A stretch of 64,000 nt of DNA from Alphaproteobacteria bacterium. Lineage in GTDB: Bacteria > Pseudomonadota > Alphaproteobacteria > Bin95. The position numbers and the translations under genes were made by a program. This document shows positions 43,566 to 56,267 of the stretch, one piece after another. Under the pieces are notes generated by a model that ran no database searches, was not told the DNA's origin, and saw only the letters and a list, made by a program, of their open reading frames with translations. Position 1 is the stretch's first letter, and each line of letters begins with the position of its first letter. The stretch covers positions 224,001 through 288,000 of the forward strand of contig CAXXWS020000003.1 of the NCBI GenBank assembly GCA_963665325.3, written 5' to 3'.

Positions 43566-43651
43566 GGTTTCCCCTCGCGAATCCGGACTGCTATACTGTG
43601 CGGCTACCGTAAAGACAGCCGCGCGACACCATAGCCGCTCCGGGAGCGACG

Positions 43652-44785
43652 ATGAAGCTCACCATCGAACGCAGCCAGTTCCTGAAATCGCTCAGCCATG
43701 CGCAGAGCGTGGTCGAACGGGCCAACACCATCCCGATCCTGGGCAATGTCATGCTGGAGGCGGCGGACGGGCGGCTGCGCCTTTCGGCGACCGACCTGGA
43801 GCTGGGCGCCGTCGAGACGGTGGATGCCGATGCGGTCTCGGGCGGCGGCACGACATTGCCGGCGCAGGTGCTCTACGACATCGCCCGCAAGCTGCCCGAC
43901 GGCGCGCAGGTGGAACTGGAGACCGAAGACGGCTCGGACCGTATCCGACTGCGCTGCGGGCGGTCCACCTTCACCTTGTCCGCCCTGCCGCCGGAAGAGT
44001 TCCCGGCGCTCTCCAAGACCGAATTCGCCTGCCGCTTCCAGCTCACCGATAAGGAACTACGCGGCCTGATCGACCGGACCGGCTTCGCTGCCTCGACCGA
44101 GGAGACGCGCTACTACCTGAACGGCATCTACCTCCACACCACCGAGCATGAGGGCGTGCCGGTGCTGCGCGCGGTCGCGACCGACGGCCACCGGCTGGCG
44201 CGCGTCGAGGTGCCGAGGCCGGCCGGCGCGGAGGACATGCCGGGCGGCGTGATCGTGCCGCGCAAGGCGGTCCAGGAGCTCCGCAAGCTGCTAGGAGACG
44301 GGGAAACTGGGAAGGATCTTTCTGTTAATATCTCAGTCTCGGAAACTGGGATTAAGTTTGTTATCGAAAGCGTTGAGCTTACCTCCAAGCTGATTGACGG
44401 CACCTATCCCGACTATGAGCGGGTGATCCCGGTCGGCAACGACAAGCGGCTCGAAGTCGAAAGCGGCATGCTGGCCGAGGCGGTGGACCGGGTCGCGGCG
44501 ATCTCCTCCGAACGCACCCGTGCGATCAAGCTCGCCATCGACGGCGACAGTGTGCAGCTCTCCGCCGCCGACCCGACCTACGGCATGGCGACCGAGGAAA
44601 TCGACGTACGGTTCGACGGGCCGCCGATGGAGATCGGCTTCAACGCGCGCTACCTGCTTGAAATCCTGCGCCGCATCGACGGCGGCACGGCGGCGCTCGA
44701 GCTCGCCGACCCGGCTGCGCCCACGCTGGTGCGCGACATGGCGGACCCGAGCGCGCTCTATGTGCTGATGCCGATGCGCGTCTGA
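43652..44785 (+). CDS. dnaN: DNA polymerase III beta clamp
   Basis: ATDLE, ETRYYLNG, ATDGHRL, GFNARY, VLMPMRV. Confidence 0.97.
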   Translation: MKLTIERSQFLKSLSHAQSVVERANTIPILGNVMLEAADGRLRLSATDLELGAVETVDADAVSGGGTTLPAQVLYDIARKLPDGAQVELETEDGSDRIRLRCGRSTFTLSALPPEEFPALSKTEFACRFQLTDKELRGLIDRTGFAASTEETRYYLNGIYLHTTEHEGVPVLRAVATDGHRLARVEVPRPAGAEDMPGGVIVPRKAVQELRKLLGDGETGKDLSVNISVSETGIKFVIESVELTSKLIDGTYPDYERVIPVGNDKRLEVESGMLAEAVDRVAAISSERTRAIKLAIDGDSVQLSAADPTYGMATEEIDVRFDGPPMEIGFNARYLLEILRRIDGGTAALELADPAAPTLVRDMADPSALYVLMPMRV

Positions 44786-44788
44786 TCC

Positions 44789-48363
<3,575 letters not shown>

Positions 48364-48496
48364 GGAGACAGCCATTCATATCTCGACTCAATGAGTCTAT
48401 TCGACCTACAGCGCGTGAGGATTGACGAAGGATATCAGCCAGGTTAGCTATGAGCGTTTTGCACAATGCTGCAAACTTGGCAGGGGGAGAGTTGTC

Positions 48497-48847
48497 GTGG
48501 CGACCAAGATCATGCTTAAGCACGAAGCAAGTGGGCTAGTAAAGCCAGGATATTATGGCTTTAGCTGGACGTATCTGCTATTTGGATTTTTCGTTCCTGC
48601 TTTCCGGGGAGAAATAATCATCGCAATTCTTCACCTATTTTTGAATCTTATTACGTTTGGGATTTGGTGGATAGCCATGTGGTTCTTGTACAATAAGCAG
48701 TTTATGAGGCGTATGTTGGAAAGTGGTTGGACTCTTGCGGGTAGCGATGCAGAGAATCGAATTGCTGCTGCATCGATTGGTGTAATTTTGCCAAATCCAA
48801 CGGACCCGGCATTGGCAACACCGGTTAAACAAAAATCCGATGAGTAA
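48497..48847 (+). CDS. Small low-GC membrane protein (DUF2628/HrgC-like)
   Basis: GFSWT.LLFGFFVP.FRG..YNK; AT-rich insert after gyrB; GGAGA RBS. Confidence 0.65.
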   Translation: MATKIMLKHEASGLVKPGYYGFSWTYLLFGFFVPAFRGEIIIAILHLFLNLITFGIWWIAMWFLYNKQFMRRMLESGWTLAGSDAENRIAAASIGVILPNPTDPALATPVKQKSDE

Positions 48848-49071
48848 ACTAAGTGGCGTTCCAGAAAGCATTTTCTAATTTCTGCTTTCCGCAAGTTTAA
48901 CTCTGAAGCCTGACGCCTGAATGGCACTTGTACCATTCATCAAGGCTTATTCTAGTTCCGCGGACGACTATCCTTCATTTTCCGAACGCCCTTGACGCGC
49001 AGGCGCCTGCCGGGGCAGTTTCGACACCCTGCGAACACCGCCCATAGCGCCCCGGGGAGGGCACCCGTCCC

Positions 49072-50187
49072 ATGCATGTCGGCCTGAGCTGCTTTTTCCA
49101 GAATCCGGACAAGAAACTGACCGACCGGGAGGTCTGGCAGCAGGAGGTGGCGCTTGCGGACGCGGCGGAGCCGATGGGCTTCGACAGCATCTGGTCGGCC
49201 GAGCACCATTTCACCGACTACACCATGTGCCCGAGCGTGACCCAGTTCCTGACCTACATGGCCGGGCGGACGACGCGCGCCGGCCTCGGCACCATGGTTG
49301 TCGTGCTGCCCTGGCACGAGCCGGTCCGGGTCGCCGAAGAGCTTGCGCTGCTCGACCACCTGTCGAACGGGCGGGTGATCTTCGGCATGGGGCGCGGCCT
49401 CGGACGGGTCGAGTTCAACGGCTTCCGCCTCGAAATGGGCGAGAGCCGCGAGCGCTTCGTCGAATATGCCGAGGCCGTGATGGGCGCGCTGGAGACCGGC
49501 ACCATCGAGAGCGACGGCAAGCATCTCCGCCAGCCGCCGACGGACATCCGCCCGCAGCCCTTCAAGTCCTTCCGCGGGCGCACCTACGCCGCCTCCGTCT
49601 CGCCGCAGTCGGCGGAGATCATGGCGCGCCTCGGCATCGGCATCCTCATCATCGCCCAGAAGCCCTGGGAGAAGACGCTGGAGGAGCTGGAGAACTATCG
49701 CGAGCTCTACCGCCGGCACAATGGCGGCGAGGAAGCGCCGAAGCCCATCATCGCCAGCTTCGTCGCGGTGCATGAGGACCGCGAGAAGGCGCGCGAGATG
49801 TACGAGAACTACATCGTCGGCTACTGCCGCTCGGCGCTCAAGCACTACGAGTTCCACAATGAGGGCCTGGCCGACATTCCGGGCTACGAATATTACGGCG
49901 CGCTCGCCCGCAACATCCACAAGCACGGCATCGACACCTTCGTGCGCTTCCTCGCCGACCTCCAGGTCTGGGGCACGCCGGACGAGGTGGTCGAAGGCGT
50001 GCTCGCCAATGTCGAGCGGGCCGGCTGCGGCGGCTTCCTCGCGGCGCTCTCCTATGGCGGCATGCCCTACGACATCGCGCGCGAGAACCAGCGCCTCTTC
50101 GCCGAGAAGGTGCTCCCCCGCCTCAAGGCGCACGACACCGGCGTCGAGATCGGCGCCGCCCCGCCGCTGGCAGCGGCTGCCGAATAG
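49072..50187 (+). CDS. LLM-class flavin-dependent oxidoreductase
   Basis: [25 protein letters not shown]. Confidence 0.9.
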   Translation: MHVGLSCFFQNPDKKLTDREVWQQEVALADAAEPMGFDSIWSAEHHFTDYTMCPSVTQFLTYMAGRTTRAGLGTMVVVLPWHEPVRVAEELALLDHLSNGRVIFGMGRGLGRVEFNGFRLEMGESRERFVEYAEAVMGALETGTIESDGKHLRQPPTDIRPQPFKSFRGRTYAASVSPQSAEIMARLGIGILIIAQKPWEKTLEELENYRELYRRHNGGEEAPKPIIASFVAVHEDREKAREMYENYIVGYCRSALKHYEFHNEGLADIPGYEYYGALARNIHKHGIDTFVRFLADLQVWGTPDEVVEGVLANVERAGCGGFLAALSYGGMPYDIARENQRLFAEKVLPRLKAHDTGVEIGAAPPLAAAAE

Positions 50188-50199
50188 GCCGGGCTCGAC

Positions 50200-50508
50200 G
50201 TGGGCACCTGCGAAGCCCTGCCGAATGCCGATTGTCCGGGCGCGAACCTTGAGGATGCGAACCTCGAGGACGCCAATCTGGAAGATGCGAATCTGAGGGG
50301 CGCCAACCTGAAACGGGCGAACCTGAAGGCGGCGAATTTAGCGGGAGCGAACCTTGAGAAAGCCGACCTGGCGGACGCGAACCTGGAGGACGCGAACCTG
50401 CAGGGCGCGAACCTGAAGGACGCCAATCTCTCGGGAGCCTCGCTTGTCGACGCCAATCTTGCCGGTGCCAACCTGTCGGGTGCGAGGCTTTCGGGCCGAA
50501 CCGGCTGA
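50200..50508 (+). CDS. Pentapeptide-repeat protein, possibly 5'-truncated
   Basis: About 17 A(N/D)Lxx repeats; no clear RBS or signal peptide. Confidence 0.7.
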   Translation: MGTCEALPNADCPGANLEDANLEDANLEDANLRGANLKRANLKAANLAGANLEKADLADANLEDANLQGANLKDANLSGASLVDANLAGANLSGARLSGRTG

Positions 50509-50521
50509 GGGCGGCGCGACT

Positions 50522-51694
50522 ATGCTTGCGGAGGATTTCGGGCTCGGCGAGGAACAGCGGCTGCTTCGTGACATGGTGCGCGCGTTTGCCCGCGGGAGGG
50601 TGGCGCCGCGCGCGGCGGAGATCGACCGGGAGGCCGCCTATCCGCACGACATGTTCGCGGCGCTGCGCGACCTCGGCCTCTTCGCGCTGCCCTTCCCGGA
50701 GCGCTACGGAGGCACGGACAGCGTGCTCTCCGGCTGCCTCGCCATCGAGGAGCTGGGCCGTGTCTGCTACAACACCGCCTACCTGCTGCTGGTGCAGTGG
50801 ACGCCCTTCGCGGCCGTGCTGGCGGGCGGCTCGCCGGAGCAGCATGAGCGCTGGCTGCCGGGCCTCGCCAGCGGCGAGTTGAAGGCCGCCATTTCCGTCA
50901 CCGAGCCGCAATCCGGCTCCGACGCCGCCGGCATTACGACGCGCGCGACCCGAACGGAGGGCGGCTACCGGATCGACGGGGCCAAGGTCTGGTGCACCAA
51001 CAGCCCGGAAGCCGATTTCATCGTCGTGGCCGCCAAGACGGATCCCTCGGCAAGGCATCGCGGCATTTCCATGTTCGCGGTGGAGAAGGGAACGCCCGGC
51101 CTCACCGTCGGCGCGCCGGAGCGCAAGCTCGGCTCGCGCGGCATCCCCTCCTGCCCGCTCTTCTTCGACGGCGCCTTCGTGCCGGAGGAGAACCGGATCG
51201 GGCCGGAGGGCGAGGGGTGGCTCACGGTGATGGAGGCCTTCAACCGCTCGCGCCCGATGATCGGCGCACGCGGCGTCGGCCTGGCTCAGGGCGCGCTCGA
51301 CCTCGCGGCGGATTTCGTGCGCGGCCGCCGGGCCTTCGGTGAGCGGGTCGCCGACTTCCAGGGCGTGCGCTGGATGCTGGCGGACATGACCATGCGCACC
51401 GAGGCCGCCCGCCAGATGGTCTACAAGGCGGCCGCGCTCGCGGACGCGGGCGTTTCGGGCCGCGCGCTCGCGCCCTGGGCGGCGATGGCGAAATGCATGG
51501 CCACCGACGCTGCCATGTCGGTCGCGACCGATGCGGTGCAGCTCTGGGGCTCCGCCGGCATTTCGGCCGACAATCCCGTCGAGCGCTTCTTCCGCGACGC
51601 CAAGGTGCTCCAGATCGTCGAGGGCACCAACCAGATCCAGCGCAACATAATCGGCCGCCACGCCGTCGAGACGCTGGGCGCGGGGTCCGCCTGA
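50522..51694 (+). CDS. Acyl-CoA dehydrogenase
   Basis: TEPQSGSD, GAKVWCTN, RDAKVLQIVEGTNQIQR. Confidence 0.92.
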   Translation: MLAEDFGLGEEQRLLRDMVRAFARGRVAPRAAEIDREAAYPHDMFAALRDLGLFALPFPERYGGTDSVLSGCLAIEELGRVCYNTAYLLLVQWTPFAAVLAGGSPEQHERWLPGLASGELKAAISVTEPQSGSDAAGITTRATRTEGGYRIDGAKVWCTNSPEADFIVVAAKTDPSARHRGISMFAVEKGTPGLTVGAPERKLGSRGIPSCPLFFDGAFVPEENRIGPEGEGWLTVMEAFNRSRPMIGARGVGLAQGALDLAADFVRGRRAFGERVADFQGVRWMLADMTMRTEAARQMVYKAAALADAGVSGRALAPWAAMAKCMATDAAMSVATDAVQLWGSAGISADNPVERFFRDAKVLQIVEGTNQIQRNIIGRHAVETLGAGSA

Positions 51695-51746
51695 TACCAG
51701 CGGTCTCGGTGCAAGACTCTTGGCGGCTATCCGGAGGCCCCACATT

Positions 51747-51847
51747 GTCGCCCCGGCCTTGAGCCGGGGCCCAGCCTTGCCGGCTCAGCCCTCAGACGCC
51801 TCGACAGGCTGGGCCCCGGATCGCCGCTCCGCGCCGTCCAGGGTGAC
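51747..51847. repeat. REP/RIME-like palindromic extragenic element
   Basis: Terminal IR GTCGCCCCGG / CCAGGGTGAC; hairpin GCCCCGGC-CTTGA-GCCGGGGC; inner IR GGGCCCAGC / GCTGGGCCC. Confidence 0.6.
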
Positions 51848-52033
51848 GAGAGGGGACCGGTCCTGCCGGCCGGCAACGCATGCCCCGGCTCCGCCTGACT
51901 GCCGTGGAACCCGGTCTCCGTCATCGGTTCCCGCCAATGACCGCCGGTATGACGCACGGTTCCTGTTGACAGCGCAGCAGGCGGCGGGCTGGAGTCCCGG
52001 CTGTGCGCAAAGGCGGCGCCGGTGGAGAGTGCC

Positions 52034-54256
52034 ATGCTGTTTCACCACGCATCGAAGAACCGGCCGTTCCATCTCGGCACCTATCCGATGGAGGTGCTGC
52101 CGCGCGACGGGGCGGTGATTGCAGCAGAAGCGGCCCGCCCCCGGGCCGGGCCAACGGACGCCGCTGTGGCAGGCGGGGCGCTCGGGCCTGCCGTGCTCCA
52201 CTACCGGGACCTGTTCGCACGGTTCGCGGAAGGCGGGCCGGCGGAGGAAACGGCCCCCGTCCCCGCAAGGCTCGACAGGCGCGCACAGGACATCAAGGGC
52301 TGCTCCTACTTCATGGATGCTGACCAGGTCGGCATCTGCCGGATTCCGGAAAGCGCATGGCTCGAGGGCCTGCCCGCAATCGACGGGCACAGCCACGCGG
52401 TCGTCATACTGGTCGCGCTGCCCGCCGTGCCAGACCGGGACAATCCCGCCCGCGCCTGGGTCGAGGACGCCGTCGCCGCGACGGCGGAGATGCGCGTGCT
52501 GGAGATTGCCGCCTGCACCGCCGGCCATATCCGCCAGATGGGCTTCGAGGCCCGTATCCACCATCCCGGCAACGAAAGCCTCGACCGCGAGCGGCTCGCC
52601 GTTCTGTCCGGACTCTGCCTGCGCGCGGAGGGCGGCGGGCTGCTCAACCCCTATATCGAGGGCGGTTTCGCGCTCGCTGCGATCTCGACCAACTACGAAC
52701 TGGAATGCGACAGCCCGCTCGGCTCCGGCGCCGCCCATGCGCGCAACCGGGCCTGGCGCAAGGGCATCGCCGGCGCCGTCTCCGGCCGCGAACGCGCGCG
52801 CCGCGCCCGGCGGAAGTCGCACCAAAGCCGCTACCCGATGGAGCAGGTCCGGCGCGTGGACCGGCCCACCACCCTCATCATCGACGAAGAGGTGCCGCGC
52901 GTGCCGCAGCGCGCCGCCTTCTTCACGCGGGCAGCCAAGGGCGATCTCGGCGAGAAGTCGCGGCGCGAGCGCGCCCGCTTCGCCTTCAAGCACCCGCTCT
53001 CCTTCAGCCAGCTCCAGCTCATCCGCGCCATGGTGCCCCACCAGGACGGCGAGACCGCCGGCCCGCCGGACGGGGACCGCTATGGCGACCCGGCGGCGAA
53101 TGCGCGCGCGGTCAAGGCGCTCTCCTATTTCCTGGGCTCGGACCTGACGGGCATTTGCGAGATCCCGCGCTATGCCTGGTTCTCGCACCGGGAGGACGGC
53201 AGCCCCATCGAGATGAACCACCGCTATGCCGTCGTCATGCTGATCGACCAGGGCTACGACACCATGGAAGGGGCGAGCGGCGACGACTGGATTTCCGGCG
53301 CCCAGTCCATGCGCGGCTATCTGCGCGGCGCGGAGATCGCCGGCATCATGGGCGAGACGCTCCGGGGCCTGGGCTTCCCCTCCCGCGCCCAGACCAATGC
53401 GGACAGCGACGTGCTCCACATTCCGCTGCTGCTATGGGCGGGGCTCGGCGAGCTCAGCCGCATCGGCGAACTGGTGCTCAACCCCTTTGTCGGCCCGCGT
53501 TTCAAGTCCGTGGTGCTCACCACCGACATGCCGATGGAGGTGGACCGGCCCATAGACTTCGGCCTCCAGTATTTCTGCGACCATTGCCACAAATGCGACC
53601 GCGAATGCCCCTGCGACGCCATTCCGCACGGGCCCAAGGTGATGTTCAACGGCTACGAGATATGGAAGCCCGATGTCGAGCGCTGCACCCGCTACCGGCT
53701 CACCAACATGCGCGGCTCGGCCTGCGGGCGCTGCATGAAGACCTGCCCGCTCAACAAGGTGGTGGACATGGACGGCGGCCTGCTGCCGCGCGCGGCAAGC
53801 TGGCTCGGCGTCAATGCGATGTTCCTGAAGCCGGCGCTGGTGCCGGTCGCGACATGGCTCGACGACAGGCTCGGCAACGGCCGGCGCAACCCCGTGAAGA
53901 AATGGTGGTTCGACCACGAGATCGTGGACGGCGTGACGGTCGCCGCGAAAGGCGCCAACGAGCGCGAGATCGACCCGGGCAAGACGGTCGATGCGGCGCG
54001 CCAGAAGATCGCCTACTACCACGCCGACGCGATGCCCCCGCCCGACCGGCAGACGCCCCTGCCCGTGGACCGCAAGGCGGCGCTGGCCGCGGCGGCACTG
54101 GTCGAAACGCCGGCGGAGGCGCGCAAGCGCCTCGCGGCAGGCGGCGCCGCGCCGGCGCACTATGTTCCGACGCCTCCTGCGGACGGCGAAGGTGAGGACG
54201 CTGATGGCGGCGAGGGCGGACGGCCTGCCGCCAGCCCCTACGGGAAGGGCGGGTAA
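52034..54256 (+). CDS. rdhA: Catabolic-type (non-respiratory) B12-dependent reductive dehalogenase
   Basis: AGLGELSRIG..NPFVGPRFK; CDHCHKCDRECP; CGRCMKTCP; KKWW; degenerate duplicate N-terminal domain; no Tat signal. Confidence 0.88.
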   Translation: MLFHHASKNRPFHLGTYPMEVLPRDGAVIAAEAARPRAGPTDAAVAGGALGPAVLHYRDLFARFAEGGPAEETAPVPARLDRRAQDIKGCSYFMDADQVGICRIPESAWLEGLPAIDGHSHAVVILVALPAVPDRDNPARAWVEDAVAATAEMRVLEIAACTAGHIRQMGFEARIHHPGNESLDRERLAVLSGLCLRAEGGGLLNPYIEGGFALAAISTNYELECDSPLGSGAAHARNRAWRKGIAGAVSGRERARRARRKSHQSRYPMEQVRRVDRPTTLIIDEEVPRVPQRAAFFTRAAKGDLGEKSRRERARFAFKHPLSFSQLQLIRAMVPHQDGETAGPPDGDRYGDPAANARAVKALSYFLGSDLTGICEIPRYAWFSHREDGSPIEMNHRYAVVMLIDQGYDTMEGASGDDWISGAQSMRGYLRGAEIAGIMGETLRGLGFPSRAQTNADSDVLHIPLLLWAGLGELSRIGELVLNPFVGPRFKSVVLTTDMPMEVDRPIDFGLQYFCDHCHKCDRECPCDAIPHGPKVMFNGYEIWKPDVERCTRYRLTNMRGSACGRCMKTCPLNKVVDMDGGLLPRAASWLGVNAMFLKPALVPVATWLDDRLGNGRRNPVKKWWFDHEIVDGVTVAAKGANEREIDPGKTVDAARQKIAYYHADAMPPPDRQTPLPVDRKAALAAAALVETPAEARKRLAAGGAAPAHYVPTPPADGEGEDADGGEGGRPAASPYGKGG

Positions 54257-54332
54257 CGCCGGTTTCGGCGGGCGCCGGGGTCCGCGCCGCTGACCCCGGC
54301 TGTCGGAACGCACAAGCAGGAGAGCAAGCCCA

Positions 54333-54692
54333 ATGATTGCCGTCATATTCGAAGTGGAGCCCGCCGAGGGCCAGCGGGACACCTATCTCGATATCGCTGC
54401 GGGGCTGCGTGACGAGCTGATGGAGATGGACGGCTTCATCTCCATTGAGCGGTTCGAGAGCCTGAACCGACCGGGCAAGCTGTTGTCGCTGTCGTTCTGG
54501 CGCGACGAGCAGGCGGTGCGCGCATGGCGCAGCAGGCCGCGCCACCGCGCCGCGCAGACACGCGGCCGCGGCGGGGTCTTTTCCGGCTATCGCCTGCGGG
54601 TGGCGTCGGTAGTCCGTGACTACGGGTTGGAGGAACGGGCCGAGGCTCCTTCGGATTCCCGCGACCTGCACGACCCGGCACCCATTGCCTGA
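54333..54692 (+). CDS. Antibiotic biosynthesis monooxygenase family
   Basis: MIAVIFEV, DGFISIERF, LSLSFWRDE. Confidence 0.88.
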   Translation: MIAVIFEVEPAEGQRDTYLDIAAGLRDELMEMDGFISIERFESLNRPGKLLSLSFWRDEQAVRAWRSRPRHRAAQTRGRGGVFSGYRLRVASVVRDYGLEERAEAPSDSRDLHDPAPIA

Positions 54693-54753
54693 GAATGTTT
54701 GCCGGGGTTTCGTGAAAAATTGCTGCATATTCACATTTTGTTTAATTTCGAGC

Positions 54754-55275
54754 TTGACATAAGGGAAAATAAACCGATATAAGACCTGCAGAAGGGGCAT
54801 CCGGAGCCGCTTCTCCGGCGCCGCGCGGCCGGCGGCGCCATTTTCGAAAACCCCTGAGAAACTGACGGGAGACGTGCGCCCTCTGCCTCGCGCGCGCAAT
54901 CAGGTGCGCGAACCGCGCCGGCGCCAACGCGCGCCCGCGCCCGTGTGCGAAACGCGCGCGGCAAAGGGTCCGCCGCTCCCGGACCGGCAAGGAGACAGGA
55001 ATGACCGCAACCGACCCCCGCCCCGCACTCGCGGCGATGCCAGCCCGGAGCCGCCGCCCCCGGACGAGGCGTCGTGACACCCCCGGTGAGCCGGAGGCGG
55101 TGTCCGGCTACGACGGCAGCCGGGACACGCCCGAAATCAGGGCGTGGGACGAACGGCAGAAGCGCCGCAAGGAGGCCTCCAGCGCCCGCTACCTCGAGGC
55201 CGCCGGCCGGCGCGGAACATGACAAAACATGACATTCCGCAGCCGGAACATGACAAAACATTACATTCCATGACG
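54754..55275 (+). repeat. Dispersed element, copy 2
   Basis: TTGACA-18-TATAAG; same leader blocks and same heptamer phasing as 19064-19683. Confidence 0.8.
55001..55222 (+). CDS. Possible 73-aa small ORF within element copy 2
   Basis: AAGGAG RBS; stop falls inside the first CATGACA heptamer. Confidence 0.45.
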   Translation: MTATDPRPALAAMPARSRRPRTRRRDTPGEPEAVSGYDGSRDTPEIRAWDERQKRRKEASSARYLEAAGRRGT

Positions 55276-55368
55276 TGTCGCGACGGGTCCGGCCGGCCCT
55301 CCGGTTCCGGTCCGCGAGCGGTGGTATAACGCCCGGCATGCGATACCGGCCGGGAAAGGAGTAGGCGC

Positions 55369-56157
55369 ATGCGCCCGACAGAACGCGAACAGGCGGATTT
55401 CGACCGCGACGGCGCAGTGCTGATGAAGGGGGTCGTGCCGGCCGAATGGCTGGGCGTGCTGGCGGAGGCTGTCGAGCGCGACATCGCGGAGCCGGGGCCC
55501 TATTTCAACGGATACCGGCCGGAAGCCGGGCGCTTCCACGGCAATCTGCGCATCTGGGAAACGCATGAGGGCTTCCGCGCCTTCTGCTGCGAGGGCCCGC
55601 TCCGCGAAGTGGCGGCGCGGTTCCTGGGAGCAAACCGTCTCAACCTCTTCTACGACCAGCTGTTCGTGAAGGAGCCGGGCACGCCGCAGCCGACGCGCTG
55701 GCACAACGACCAGCCCTACTGGCCCGTACGCGGCTGGCCGGTCATGTCGTTCTGGCTGCCGCTCGATCCCGTCACGCGCGAGAGCGGCGCGCTTTCCTTC
55801 GTCGCCGGCTCGCACCGCTGGGAGCGCTGGTTCCAGCCGGAGCCGTTCGCGAAGGGCGGCGCGGACTATGAGCGCGGCGAGAACTACGAGCCGATGCCGG
55901 ATATCGACGCCGGCGGCTACGACATCCTCTCCTGGGACATGGAGACCGGCGACGCGCTCGCCTTCCATGCCATGACGGTTCACGGCGCGGGCGGCAACCT
56001 GACTTCCGATACCCGCCGGCGCGGCTATGCGGTGCGCTATTGCGGCGAGGGCTGCACCTATTTCGCCGGCCCCGGTCCGAACAACGACCTGCGCAACCCG
56101 GCGCTCGCCGATGGCGCCCCGCTCGACAGCGCGCAGTTCCCCGCGGTCTGGCCGTGA
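55369..56157 (+). CDS. PhyH-family dioxygenase
   Basis: WHNDQPYW, GSHRW, HGAGGN. Confidence 0.88.
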   Translation: MRPTEREQADFDRDGAVLMKGVVPAEWLGVLAEAVERDIAEPGPYFNGYRPEAGRFHGNLRIWETHEGFRAFCCEGPLREVAARFLGANRLNLFYDQLFVKEPGTPQPTRWHNDQPYWPVRGWPVMSFWLPLDPVTRESGALSFVAGSHRWERWFQPEPFAKGGADYERGENYEPMPDIDAGGYDILSWDMETGDALAFHAMTVHGAGGNLTSDTRRRGYAVRYCGEGCTYFAGPGPNNDLRNPALADGAPLDSAQFPAVWP

Positions 56158-56267
56158 AGCCGGCCTCGTTCGCGCACCCGATTAGCAGTTGACCCTGCTG
56201 CGTTTTCTTGGCTAGCCTTACGGCAGGGCACGGATTAGCCGCGGCCCGGTCGGAGGAGGAGTATGCA

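Noticed and set aside
43566-43651. dnaA/oriC upstream of dnaN
   Set aside because: No dnaA gene and no DnaA-box cluster visible; separation of dnaA from dnaN is not rare in Alphaproteobacteria
50200-50508. Qnr/MfpA-like gyrase protector near gyrB
   Set aside because: Too short, with simple ANLxx repeats; proximity alone is not evidence
51700-52030. Cobalamin riboswitch before rdhA
   Set aside because: No GGGAA..GCCCCCGC..GCCACTG core found; the structure is explained by the REP-like element
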